Assembly (NCBI GenBank): GCA_041690395.1
Contig: JAWLHJ010000002.1
Location: 356,707-420,706 of the forward strand
DNA from: Longimicrobiales bacterium
GTDB lineage: Bacteria > Gemmatimonadota > Gemmatimonadetes > Longimicrobiales > Gaopeijiaceae
Length of the DNA stretch: 64,000 nucleotides
Direction of reading: 5' to 3'
Made by a program: the position numbers and the translations under genes. Below are positions 9,691-19,396 of this stretch, in pieces. The notes under the pieces are model-generated. The model searched no databases. It was not told the DNA's origin and was given only the letters and a program-made list of their open reading frames with translations. Within the stretch, counting starts at the first letter, position 1, and each line of letters starts with the position of its first letter.

Positions 9691-12600
9691 TCACCGCCAG
9701 AGCCGGCGGATCTCCTGCTGCGTCCACGGCACGCCGGCCTTCAGGACCAGCTCGACCCGGGCCGCGTTGGCCACGTCCTCCAGGGGGTTCCCCCGCACCA
9801 GGACGAGGTCGGCAATCTTGCCGGGCTCCAGGGTCCCGAGCTCGTGGTCCATCCGCGTGTAACGCGCCGCGTTGATCGTCACGGACTGCAGGGCCTCGTG
9901 GGGCGACACCCCCGTGGCGAACGCCCGGAGCTGCGCGTGGAGGCCGAGGGCGGGCCAGGCCAGAGGGCTGTCGGAGCCCAGCGCCACCAGGCCCCCTCCC
10001 CGCAGGATGGCCGCGGGCGTGGCCACGTCGTCGCGGGTCGCCTGCCGCTCCGCCTCGGTGGGAGGCCGCGACGCCTGCTGCTCGAGCTGAGGCAGATATC
10101 CTCGAGGCATGAGCACCTGCACGCGCGGGTCTTCCATGAGTCCGGGCTCTTCCCCGAGGATCTGGTTCGTCCGCACGTGATGGCTGGAAAGGTGGAAGTC
10201 CCCCTGGGTATAGAGAGCGAGCACGTCCTGGTAGCTCCGGCCACCCGCCGACTCCGCCCACGAATACCCCATGCGCTGGGTGGCGGAGAGGTGCGTCGTA
10301 CCGCCGAGCCCGGCCTGGATGCCCGGAGAGAGGAAGTGCGACCCGCTCGAGATCCCCATCTCCGCGGCCGCGGTCCCCACCCGGGCCATCACGTCGGCGG
10401 GTGAGCGGACGTAGGCCTTCAGATAGTCCATCTCGAGCTCCCGGGCCGCGTCGAGCTCCATCTCGAGAACGTCGTGGCTGCTCACGCTCCGATGGTGTCC
10501 GTAGTAGGTCCGGGTCCCGTCGTAGATGGGCGCCGCCAGGAGGCGCGGGCCGATCCACCGGCCGGCGTCGATGGACTCCTTGGCCAGGAGCGTGTGGTAG
10601 GTGGACGTGCCGTTGGAGAGGACCGTCGTGATCCCGTAGGCGAGCTGAACGGCCCACCACCCCGACGCGAAGTCCTGGACCCGGGGGTGGATATGCGCGT
10701 CCCAGAGCCCCGGCATGGCCACCAGCTCCGAACCGTCCACGTACTCCGCTCCGGCGGCCGCGGCGGCCTCCGGGCCGTGTTGCTCAGCGTCGTAGGGGGC
10801 GATCTCCTCGATCCGCCCGCCGCTCACGCGGATGATCACCTCACCCTGAAGCGTGGGCTCCACGCCGTCCCACATGCCGCCGGCGCGGATCCAGCGCTCC
10901 CCTTCGCCCAGGTCGGGCTCCCAGGTCAGCGGCACCCCGATCTCCCCGCCACCCGTCCCGTCCACTCCGACCGAGCGGAGGCGCCCCCTGGACAGGTAGA
11001 GCACCGAGCGGGAATCCGGAGCCCAGCTCGGCATATCCGCGATGTGGTCGGTGAGCTGGCGGGCCGGCCCGGTGGGTGTGCCATCAGGCGCCACGGGAAG
11101 GACGTGGAGTACCGAGTTCATGATGAATGCCATCCACGCACCGTCCGGCGACCACGCGGGACCCGCCTCGAACCGTTCAGAGAGCTGAGCGGGCAGCGGC
11201 CCGGGCTCGTGGAACGTCGCCTCGCCCGTGGCCACTTCCACCACGCGGATCAGGTTCCGACCTTCGCGGAAGCGCCGGGAGAACGGCTGGATGTCCGCGA
11301 GTACGATGTAGCGCCCGTCGGGGGACCAGGAGGGCCGGCCCACGTTGCTCGCGTACGCCTGCTCCGCCACGAGCCGCACCGTGCCAGCGGCCACGTCGAG
11401 CACCCGGAGCGACTGGTCCGACCCGTCGATGTAGGCCACCCGCTCGCCGTCCGGCGCGAGGACCGGAAACACCATCCGGGCATCCGGGAGATTCGTGCGC
11501 CGCGTGATCTCCCGCGTCTCCAGATCGACGCTGTACATCTCGGGAAGGCCGTTGCCGTGGCGATCCGAGTTGAACCAGAGCGTGCGCCCGTCGGGAGCCC
11601 ACGACGGGACCCACTCGATGTAGGCGTCGTCCGTGAGGCGGACCGGCTCGCCGTCGAGCGGCATGACCCAGAGGTCGTTGAGCGCGGTGAACGCGACCTG
11701 CTCCCCGTCGGGGGAGAGCACCGGGGCGAAGATCCCGCGCACCGGATGGGGTCCGGCCGCGTCCAGGCGGCGCGGGTTGGGGGCGGTGACGGGGCGGTCC
11801 AGGGCGAGGGTCGCCTCGAAGGGGATGTCCTCGCGACGGTCCCCCGCGACGTCACGCACCCGAACGGCGCCGTCGGCGGTGTAGAGCAACGCTCCGTTGA
11901 GCATCCAGCGGACCGGGAACGGGAAGACGTCTTCGGAGCCGGCGGACACCGGGGTCCCGTCCACCAGTAGCCGGCGCTCCCGGTCCTGCCACGCCAGACG
12001 GCCGTCGGGTGCCCAGGACGGCGCGATCACGCGGCCCGACGCATCCGTCACGAGGACTTCTTCCGCGCCCGAGCGGTCCACGGCCCGCACTGCACCGCCG
12101 TCCACGTAGGCGACGCGGCTCCCGTCGGGCGACCAGGTGGGCGAGTGCTCCTCGGCCGGGCCGGAGGTCCACCGCACGAGCTCCCCGGTGTCCACGTCCA
12201 CCGACCAGATGTCGTAGGAGCCTTCGCCCGCACGGTCCGACGAGAACGCGACCCGTCGCCCGTCCGGAGACCAGGCCGGCTCCCGGTGATCGGCATGCCC
12301 CTCGGTGAGGGATCGCGGGTCGGAGCCGTCCCGTTCGACGACCCAGATCTGATAGTAGTGATCGACGAAGGTCTGGAACGCGATGAGGTCCCCGTCCGGC
12401 GACCACACCGGGTGGGTGATCTCCGGGCCCGCGTCGAGGGGCGTGGCCTCCCCTCCCGAGGCCGGAAGGGTCCAGAGTCCGCCCTGGAGCGCCAGAACCA
12501 ACGTCTGTCCGTCCGGCGAGACGTCGGCGGCCATGTTCGTACCCTCGGTGAGCGTCACCGTCCGCTCCTGGGTGAACACGACCGGACCGTCATCGGAGGG

Positions 12601-12693
12601 AGCGCACGCGGCAGCGACCAGAACGACGACGGACGCGAAGGCGCGGACGAGCGGGTGGGCACGGGCGGACAACAGCACGGGGCGCTGGATCAT
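9691..12693 (-). CDS. Amidohydrolase family protein with N-terminal PD40/TolB-like repeats
   Basis: Repeated WSPDG motifs; MPGLWDAHIH; GTLEPGKIADLVLVRGNPL; AAAC lipobox. Confidence 0.88.
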   Translation of the reverse strand: MIQRPVLLSARAHPLVRAFASVVVLVAAACAPSDDGPVVFTQERTVTLTEGTNMAADVSPDGQTLVLALQGGLWTLPASGGEATPLDAGPEITHPVWSPDGDLIAFQTFVDHYYQIWVVERDGSDPRSLTEGHADHREPAWSPDGRRVAFSSDRAGEGSYDIWSVDVDTGELVRWTSGPAEEHSPTWSPDGSRVAYVDGGAVRAVDRSGAEEVLVTDASGRVIAPSWAPDGRLAWQDRERRLLVDGTPVSAGSEDVFPFPVRWMLNGALLYTADGAVRVRDVAGDRREDIPFEATLALDRPVTAPNPRRLDAAGPHPVRGIFAPVLSPDGEQVAFTALNDLWVMPLDGEPVRLTDDAYIEWVPSWAPDGRTLWFNSDRHGNGLPEMYSVDLETREITRRTNLPDARMVFPVLAPDGERVAYIDGSDQSLRVLDVAAGTVRLVAEQAYASNVGRPSWSPDGRYIVLADIQPFSRRFREGRNLIRVVEVATGEATFHEPGPLPAQLSERFEAGPAWSPDGAWMAFIMNSVLHVLPVAPDGTPTGPARQLTDHIADMPSWAPDSRSVLYLSRGRLRSVGVDGTGGGEIGVPLTWEPDLGEGERWIRAGGMWDGVEPTLQGEVIIRVSGGRIEEIAPYDAEQHGPEAAAAAGAEYVDGSELVAMPGLWDAHIHPRVQDFASGWWAVQLAYGITTVLSNGTSTYHTLLAKESIDAGRWIGPRLLAAPIYDGTRTYYGHHRSVSSHDVLEMELDAARELEMDYLKAYVRSPADVMARVGTAAAEMGISSGSHFLSPGIQAGLGGTTHLSATQRMGYSWAESAGGRSYQDVLALYTQGDFHLSSHHVRTNQILGEEPGLMEDPRVQVLMPRGYLPQLEQQASRPPTEAERQATRDDVATPAAILRGGGLVALGSDSPLAWPALGLHAQLRAFATGVSPHEALQSVTINAARYTRMDHELGTLEPGKIADLVLVRGNPLEDVANAARVELVLKAGVPWTQQEIRRLWR

Positions 12694-12758
12694 GACGGGC
12701 TCGAGACGACGCGAGGAACCTACCGTCGGGAGACGGGCTCGAGGCCAACCTACGCGAA

Positions 12759-12790
12759 GGCGGCCGGGCGGGAAAACCCGCCCGGCCGCC
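12759..12790. terminator. Perfect 14-bp GC hairpin (terminator-like)
   Basis: GGCGGCCGGGCGGG-AAAA-CCCGCCCGGCCGCC; no U-tract. Confidence 0.35.
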
Positions 12791-12929
12791 CGGGTCCGGT
12801 CGACCGCCCGGGGCGGCCGCGCGGGTACGTCCCCCCGCCGCCGGGGGGGGGGCCCCACCCCCGCCCCCCCCCCCCCGGGTCCGGTCGACCGCGCGGCTCG
12901 ACCGCGCGGTTACTTCAGCCGCCGCCCGC

Positions 12930-15497
12930 TCAGAAGCTCGCCCCGAAGAACACCGCGTTCAGCAGCAGTTGCGCACTCCCGTACCAGAACCCGCGGAAGT
13001 CCGCGTCGTCCATGAGCGCGATGACGGACCCGCTTCCGATCTCGTCGGCCACGACCACCGCCGCGCCCGGCATGAGCTCGAGCCGCTCCTCCGAGATGTA
13101 CCCCGAAAGCAACGGCTCCTCCGCGTAGCGCGCGACGGTCATTCCCGGCGTCGTCGGCGCGTCGTAGAGCGTCGTGCCCTGCCGGAACACCGGCAGGTCC
13201 GACCCGATGCCGAACGACAGCGGATGGGTCGGATCGAGCTCGGCATGGAAGATCGAGCCGCCGATCCCCTGGGCCCCGTAGGCGTCGTCCAGATCGGCCC
13301 ACTGCTTGCCGACCAGGAGGGAGTCGACATCGAGCGTGCGCTCCTCGAGCGGAATCATACCGGTCTCTACGATCCACTCCGCGCCGCTCTCCATGCCGAT
13401 GAGCGTGCCGCCCTCCGCGACCCAGGTCCGCAGCTTGTCGGCCGGCACGTTTCCGTAGCCACCCCCGGCGAGGAGGATGACGTTGTACCGGTCGAGGTCG
13501 GCTCCCGCCACCTCGGCGGCATCCAGGAGCGTGATCGGCATGTGCATCCGCTCGTTGAGCAGGTGCCAGGCCTCGCCGACATCATACGAGCTCGTGCCTT
13601 CGCCGCTCAGCAGCGCCACCTTCGGCAGCGCGAGCGGCTCGTTGCTCCGTCCGCCGATATCGTTGCCGCGCGGCGTGAAGCCCGTGGCCGTCGCGTGCAC
13701 CCGGACGTGATCCCTGGAGACCGCTTCAGCGACCAACTCGTGCACCGTCGCAGCGTCCACCTCGGGCTGCGTCACCGGCACGATGATCGTCCCGGGCTCG
13801 AAGTCGACCACCTGCCCGGCCACTTCGGCACCGAACGCCCGGGTGGCCAGCCGCGGCAGGATCCCGGCCGCCTGCAGCCGGTGGAGCGCGCGGGGCGCGA
13901 AGTACGCCCCCCACTCCATGAGGTAGGCATAGTCCGCCTCGCCGCCCACCAGCTCACCGGCCGGCGGAGTCACGGGACCCAGCTCGGCGCCCAACAGGCC
14001 CGAGGGGTCGGACGTCAGGACGCCGTGATCCACGTTGTACGCGAGCGGCATGGTCCAGGTGGAGATGTCGTAGAAGAGCGAGTCGGTGAACGTCGTCACC
14101 CGCTCCATGGACGCCGACACAAGCCGTCCCTGAGGCTGATCGGTCGAGACCACCCACGCCGAGCCCGGCTCGAACGTGCGGCCGTCCACGGTGACCTCCT
14201 GCGCCAGCTCGTGAATCCGCACCCGGTGTGACTGCAGGAGCTGACCCAGGAGCGCCGAGCGCACCGGACGCGTGTCCGTGGCCACCACCCATCCCCGGGA
14301 CTCCTTTTCGGCGGCAGCCTGCGAAGCCCCCGCATAGAAGTCGCGCTGGTACCGCAGCAGCTCCTCGCGCATGTCCACGACGGCGTTGAGCGTGGAGAGC
14401 GAGGCCATGAAGTGGTTGCGCACCGTAAACGCGAACGTCAGCACGCCGTTCACCGTCTCACGCTCGAGGGCCCGCGACGAAGCCTGCTCGAAGAGGATCC
14501 CGATGGTGCCCTGCACGTCCGGGAAGGTCGATCCCTTCCCGACGTAGAAGTCGTCGTATCCTTCCTCGCTGAAGTACAGCGACCCGATCCGGTCGAGGTA
14601 CTCGGCATGGTAGGCCGCGATGTCGGCCGTGAGCTCCTGGTTCCTGAGCGGGGTCTCCGGGTTCACGCGGCTCTGGATGCCCGGCATGAAGAAGTAGGTG
14701 TCGTCACTCCCCATCTCGTGATAGTCGGTGAGCACCTGCGGCCGCCACTGATGGTAGAGGGCCACCCTTCCCTGGGATGTCGGGTGGATCAGCGGCAGCC
14801 AGTCCCGGTTCAGGTCGAAGAAGTAGTGGTTGGTGCGCCCGCCCGGCCACGGCTCGTTGTGCTCCCGCCCCTGCGGGTCCGTCGACGCGACGGCGCCGCG
14901 GTTGCGGTTGGCCCAGTCGGTGAATCGGTCGCGCCCGTCCGGGTTGAACATCGGATCGACGATGACCACGGCGCTCTCCAGCACCGACTCCACCGCCTCG
15001 CCGCGACCCGCGGCCAGATGATACAGCGTCAGGAGCGCGGCCTCGGTCCCGCTGGCCTCGTTCCCGTGGATGCTGTAGCCCATGAGCGCGATCGCCGGCA
15101 TATCCGCCAGCTCGGCGTCGCTCACCTCGGCCGCCGCGTCCGACAGTCGGAGGTTCGCCTGCCGGATCTCCTCCAGCCGCGCGAGCTTGTCCGGCGTGCT
15201 CACGAAGGCATGGATGAGCTTGCGACCCTCGTGCGTCCGGCCGTGCTCGGCCAGCTGCACGCGCTCGCTCGCCGCGGCCACCGCCTCGAAGTAGCGCACC
15301 ACCTCGTGCGGCATGGTGTGCTTCTCCCCGATCACGTGGCCCAGGACCTCCTGGGGCGTGGGGATGGCCGGGTCGTACGTCACGCCCGGCGGGAGCGGCA
15401 CGTCGATGGTGATCGGCACCTCCTGCGCGGATGTCGGACCCGGGAGGCTGGCCGCCAGGAGCAGCGCGGACGTGATGGCGAGGATCTTCGTTCGCAT
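12930..15497 (-). CDS. Secreted M14-family zinc carboxypeptidase
   Basis: Signal peptide; SIHGNE, NPDGR, GRTNHYFFDLNRD, DYHEM motifs. Confidence 0.88.
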   Translation of the reverse strand: MRTKILAITSALLLAASLPGPTSAQEVPITIDVPLPPGVTYDPAIPTPQEVLGHVIGEKHTMPHEVVRYFEAVAAASERVQLAEHGRTHEGRKLIHAFVSTPDKLARLEEIRQANLRLSDAAAEVSDAELADMPAIALMGYSIHGNEASGTEAALLTLYHLAAGRGEAVESVLESAVVIVDPMFNPDGRDRFTDWANRNRGAVASTDPQGREHNEPWPGGRTNHYFFDLNRDWLPLIHPTSQGRVALYHQWRPQVLTDYHEMGSDDTYFFMPGIQSRVNPETPLRNQELTADIAAYHAEYLDRIGSLYFSEEGYDDFYVGKGSTFPDVQGTIGILFEQASSRALERETVNGVLTFAFTVRNHFMASLSTLNAVVDMREELLRYQRDFYAGASQAAAEKESRGWVVATDTRPVRSALLGQLLQSHRVRIHELAQEVTVDGRTFEPGSAWVVSTDQPQGRLVSASMERVTTFTDSLFYDISTWTMPLAYNVDHGVLTSDPSGLLGAELGPVTPPAGELVGGEADYAYLMEWGAYFAPRALHRLQAAGILPRLATRAFGAEVAGQVVDFEPGTIIVPVTQPEVDAATVHELVAEAVSRDHVRVHATATGFTPRGNDIGGRSNEPLALPKVALLSGEGTSSYDVGEAWHLLNERMHMPITLLDAAEVAGADLDRYNVILLAGGGYGNVPADKLRTWVAEGGTLIGMESGAEWIVETGMIPLEERTLDVDSLLVGKQWADLDDAYGAQGIGGSIFHAELDPTHPLSFGIGSDLPVFRQGTTLYDAPTTPGMTVARYAEEPLLSGYISEERLELMPGAAVVVADEIGSGSVIALMDDADFRGFWYGSAQLLLNAVFFGASF

Positions 15498-15625
15498 GAT
15501 GACGTGGGTTGGAGCGATGTTCATGGGGGAACCGTCCTTGGCATACCGGACGGGCGGCGGCACGTTCCGGCCATCCCCCGCACCTCTCGAGCCCGGACCG
15601 CAGCCATGGCGCGACCCTGCAACGC

Positions 15626-17059
15626 ATGGTGAGCCTGCCCCCCTGGTTGGTCGCCCTCTTCGTCGTGGTCCATGTTCTGGGCTTCGTCACCTCGCTCGTG
15701 GCGCTACTCCAGACACGGACCGCGCAGGGGACCCTCGCGTGGCTCATCGCCTTGAACGCGCTGCCCTGGCTGGCCCTCCCGGCCTGGTGGATCTTCGGGC
15801 GCCGGCGCTTCGAGGGGTACGTATCGGCCCGCCGGGGGGAAGACCGCGAGCTGACCGCGGTGGCCGCGAAGGCCGCCGACCAGGCGAGGGCGTTCGGCGT
15901 GACCGTGAGCGCCGGTCGGGGCGACCTCGACGCGCTCGAGAAGCTCGCCAGGATGCCCATCCTCGGCGGCAACGCCGTGGACATCCTGGTGGACGGAGAG
16001 GAGACCTACGAGAGCATGTTCCAGGGGATGGAGCGCGCCCGCGAAACCCTCCTCGTTCTCTTCTACACCGTACGGGACGACGAAGTGGGACGCCGCATGC
16101 AGGAGATCCTCATCCGGAAAGCGCGGGAGGGGGTCATGGTGCGGTTCCTGTTCGACGGCGCCGGAAGCTACCACCTACCGGAGTCGTGGCTGGGCACGCT
16201 CGAGGAGGCCGGAGTGCGGACCGCGGGCTTCCGGCTGGGTCGCGGCGTGCGTCTCCGGTCGCAGCTCAACTTCCGGAACCACCGCAAGATCGTGGTCGTG
16301 GACGGCCGTGAGGGATGGGTGGGTGGGCTCAACATCGGCGAGGAGTACCTCGGACGCGATCCGGACATCGGCACGTGGCGCGACACCCACCTCCACCTGG
16401 TGGGACCGGCGGCGCTCGGCCTCCAGCTCGTGTTCGTCGAGGACTGGCACTGGGCGACTGCCGAGGTGCTCGCGCTCGACTGGACCCCGGTCGAGGCACC
16501 CGGCGGTGGCAACGTCGCGGCCGTCATGGTCGCATCCGGCCCCGCCGATCCGGTGGAGACCGCATCCCTCCTCATCCAGCACGTGATCCACGCCGCCGAG
16601 CGGCGACTCTGGATGGCCACCCCCTACCTCGTCCCCGACGAGGGCGTCGCGGCCGCGCTCGTCCTGGCACGCCTGCGGGGGGTGGACGTGCGCCTCCTCG
16701 TGCCCGAGCGCCCGGACATCTTCCTCGCGCATCTCGCGGCGTTCACCTACTTCGGACCGTTGCTCGACGCCGAGGTCCGCATCTTCCGCTACAACGCCGG
16801 CTTCATGCACTCGAAGACGTTCGTCATGGACGACGCCGCGGTCGGCATCGGCACGCTCAACCTCGACAACCGGTCGCTCCGCCTGAACTTCGAGATCACC
16901 GCCGTGCTCGTGGACGAGTCCGCGGCGGCCCGCATGGAGGCGGTCTTCGAGGCCGACTTCGAGCGGTCCACCGAGCTCACCCAAGAGGACCTCGAACGGC
17001 TTCCGCTGGCGACGCGGCTCGGGAGCCGAGCGGCGCGGCTGTTGGCGCCGGTGCTGTAG
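15626..17059 (+). CDS. cls: Cardiolipin synthase
   Basis: Two N-terminal TMs; two HKD motifs (NHRKIVVVD, MHSKTFVMD); NLDNRSLRLNFE. Confidence 0.9.
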   Translation: MVSLPPWLVALFVVVHVLGFVTSLVALLQTRTAQGTLAWLIALNALPWLALPAWWIFGRRRFEGYVSARRGEDRELTAVAAKAADQARAFGVTVSAGRGDLDALEKLARMPILGGNAVDILVDGEETYESMFQGMERARETLLVLFYTVRDDEVGRRMQEILIRKAREGVMVRFLFDGAGSYHLPESWLGTLEEAGVRTAGFRLGRGVRLRSQLNFRNHRKIVVVDGREGWVGGLNIGEEYLGRDPDIGTWRDTHLHLVGPAALGLQLVFVEDWHWATAEVLALDWTPVEAPGGGNVAAVMVASGPADPVETASLLIQHVIHAAERRLWMATPYLVPDEGVAAALVLARLRGVDVRLLVPERPDIFLAHLAAFTYFGPLLDAEVRIFRYNAGFMHSKTFVMDDAAVGIGTLNLDNRSLRLNFEITAVLVDESAAARMEAVFEADFERSTELTQEDLERLPLATRLGSRAARLLAPVL

Positions 17060-17075
17060 GGGGAGAGCGGGCCCG

Positions 17076-17918
17076 TCAGCAGACCAGACACACCGGCGGC
17101 GGCGCCCGGCCGGTTCGCGCGAGCGTCATCGCATAGGGGTACGTGTAGAGGTGGACCTGCCCCAGTGCGTTGTACCACTCGACGCGGTAGAGGTCGACCG
17201 GGCGGTAGACGCTGAGGGTGAACGCGGGAGCAGCGACGTCGATGTCATCGATGAACACCCGCAACAGGCGCGGCCGCCCACGCGCGAAGATGCATCCATG
17301 CTCGGGGCCCGAGTCTTCGAAGAGGTTGATGGTCCCGCCGCCGATGTCGCCGCCGGGGCCCCCACCGCCCTGCCCTGGACACTGCACGGTGCGGACACCG
17401 TACTCGTCCCTGAGCAACTCGAGGATCGAGGGGGCACTCGTCATCTCGAGGCGGGCGCGCTGCGTCACGTCGCCGGACACGCCCACCCGGTTCGACCGCG
17501 CGGTGAAGCTGCGGTCCAGGGCCGCCAGCGAGGTCTCGGCCACCGTACCCGTGGTCTCCGTCGTCACGTCGAGCCCCTCGAGCTCGAACGGTGCGGGTGC
17601 CAGCCCGACCACGAGCGCATATCCCTCCGCCACGACGGAGCGCTCCACGTTGTCGAAGTACCCGAACGCTCCGGTTCGGAACGTCCAGCGACCCTCCATG
17701 ACGTCGTCGATCCGGAACTGTCCCAACGAGTCGGTCGTCGCCCGACGGTTGAGCTCGACCACCGATACCGTGGCGCCCGCCACGGGCTCGTCGGTCCCCA
17801 CGTCCGTGACCACGCCCATAAGCTCGAAGCGGCCGCGCTCCGACAGGTCCTGTGCGGATACGAAATGGGGAAGGACCGCGAGCAACCCGAGTATCAGGGA
17901 AGCCGTCAGTCGAAACAT
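17076..17918 (-). CDS. Secreted protein with carboxypeptidase-regulatory-like domain
   Basis: Signal peptide; GVVTD..TDEPVAGATV...TTDSLGQF. Confidence 0.7.
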   Translation of the reverse strand: MFRLTASLILGLLAVLPHFVSAQDLSERGRFELMGVVTDVGTDEPVAGATVSVVELNRRATTDSLGQFRIDDVMEGRWTFRTGAFGYFDNVERSVVAEGYALVVGLAPAPFELEGLDVTTETTGTVAETSLAALDRSFTARSNRVGVSGDVTQRARLEMTSAPSILELLRDEYGVRTVQCPGQGGGGPGGDIGGGTINLFEDSGPEHGCIFARGRPRLLRVFIDDIDVAAPAFTLSVYRPVDLYRVEWYNALGQVHLYTYPYAMTLARTGRAPPPVCLVC

Positions 17919-18089
17919 GGGCGCGCCTCCTGCCGAGTAGACCGATGTCGAACAGTAGGACGGGAGCGCGTAGGCAGCAAACACGGAATAGCTGCCCAGC
18001 CATTCGGGGGCGCCTCGGCCGATCCGCAGCGTAGCCATACCGGTGGCACCCGTTCTTCGTCAGTGCCACCGGACACGTACATTCCCTCC

Positions 18090-18716
18090 GTGACCCTCAT
18101 CCAGTTCTTCGACCTTCTCGGCGTCGCCGTGTTCGCCGTGAGCGGTGCGCTCGCCGCGGGGCGGAAGCGCTTGGACCTGCTCGGCGTCTTCGTGATCGCG
18201 ATGGTGACCGCCATCGGGGGCGGCACCACGCGCGACGTCCTCCTCGACCGCGCCGTCTTCTGGACCACGCAGCCGCGCTACCTGTACGTCATCGTCGCCT
18301 CCGCGCTCCTCACCGTCGCGTGGACGCGGCGCTTCCGGCCGCCGGACCGCGCCCTGGCCGTCGCGGACGCCCTCGGGCTCGCCTTGTTCGCCATCAGCGG
18401 CGCGCAGATCGCCGAAGGCGTCGGACTCCCGGGCATCGTATGCGTCATCATGGGGACGATCACCGGCGTCGCGGGCGGCATGATCCGCGACGTGCTCACC
18501 ACCGAGATCCCCATGGTCATCCGCCGCGGGCAGATCTACGCGACGGCCGCCATCACGGGCATCACGGTCTACCTCGTGCTCAGGGCGACGCTCGATCTCG
18601 CGGAGCCCGCCGCCGCGCTCGCCGGTATGGTCGTGATCGCGGGCCTCCGGCTGTCGGCCATCGTCTGGGGGTGGACGCTGCCGGTGTTCAGCTTGAGCGA
18701 CCCGGGGGAGCGGTAG
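18090..18716 (+). CDS. TRIC/UPF0126 family membrane protein
   Basis: FAVSGA, TAIGGGTTRDVLL, DALGLALF, GGMIRDVL repeats; GTG start inferred. Confidence 0.88.
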   Translation: MTLIQFFDLLGVAVFAVSGALAAGRKRLDLLGVFVIAMVTAIGGGTTRDVLLDRAVFWTTQPRYLYVIVASALLTVAWTRRFRPPDRALAVADALGLALFAISGAQIAEGVGLPGIVCVIMGTITGVAGGMIRDVLTTEIPMVIRRGQIYATAAITGITVYLVLRATLDLAEPAAALAGMVVIAGLRLSAIVWGWTLPVFSLSDPGER

Positions 18717-18797
18717 GAGCGATGTCCCATTCGGCTGCGTTCTTCCGCAGGCCGACGGTGGCCACCCGAGCCGAACCAAGCGACACGGGAGCACACC

Positions 18798-19247
18798 ATG
18801 CAGCTCGCTGAATCCATCGACATCGAGGTCCCACCGGAGCGGGTCTATCGCTTCTTCGAGCGAATGGCCGAGAACTACCTGCGCTGGCATCCCGATCACC
18901 AGGCGTTCCGATGGATGGATGGGCGGGGACTCGCCACCGGATCTCGCTTCCACCTGGAGGAGCGGATCGGGGGCAAGGATCTCGCCCGCACCATGGTGAT
19001 CACGCGCCTGGAAGCGGGCAGGCTCCTCGAGTTCGCTCCCGACCACTGGTTCATCCGGCTCCTCATGCCGCGACTGCGGTTCCGCATGGTGCCCCGCGGC
19101 GCCCGGAACTGTCGGCTCGAAGCCGAGATCCATGTGCGCACCGGCCCCCTGGGGGCGTGGCTGAATCGCAGGGAGTTCGACGCGGTGCGGCGCCACATGC
19201 GCGAGGAGTGCGAGAACCTGAAGGGGATCGTGGAGACCGAGGCATGA
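18798..19247 (+). CDS. SRPBCC (START-like) family protein
   Basis: SIDIEVPPERVY..YLRWHP; C-terminal helix HMREECENLK. Confidence 0.75.
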   Translation: MQLAESIDIEVPPERVYRFFERMAENYLRWHPDHQAFRWMDGRGLATGSRFHLEERIGGKDLARTMVITRLEAGRLLEFAPDHWFIRLLMPRLRFRMVPRGARNCRLEAEIHVRTGPLGAWLNRREFDAVRRHMREECENLKGIVETEA

Positions 19248-19396
19248 TCCGCATCGCGATCCTCACTCAACTACACCGAACTACTGGCATCCCGGCCGTC
19301 CGACCCGTATTCTGAGGCTATTGACATGTCGTCGTGTCGATGATGCCGCCGAATGGCTGCCGTCGATCACGAAATGGCTCGAGCCTGAGGGCTGGT

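Noticed and set aside
19321..19350. Perfect TTGACA upstream of the DUF1592 operon
   Set aside because: No convincing -10 box at 16-18 nt spacing
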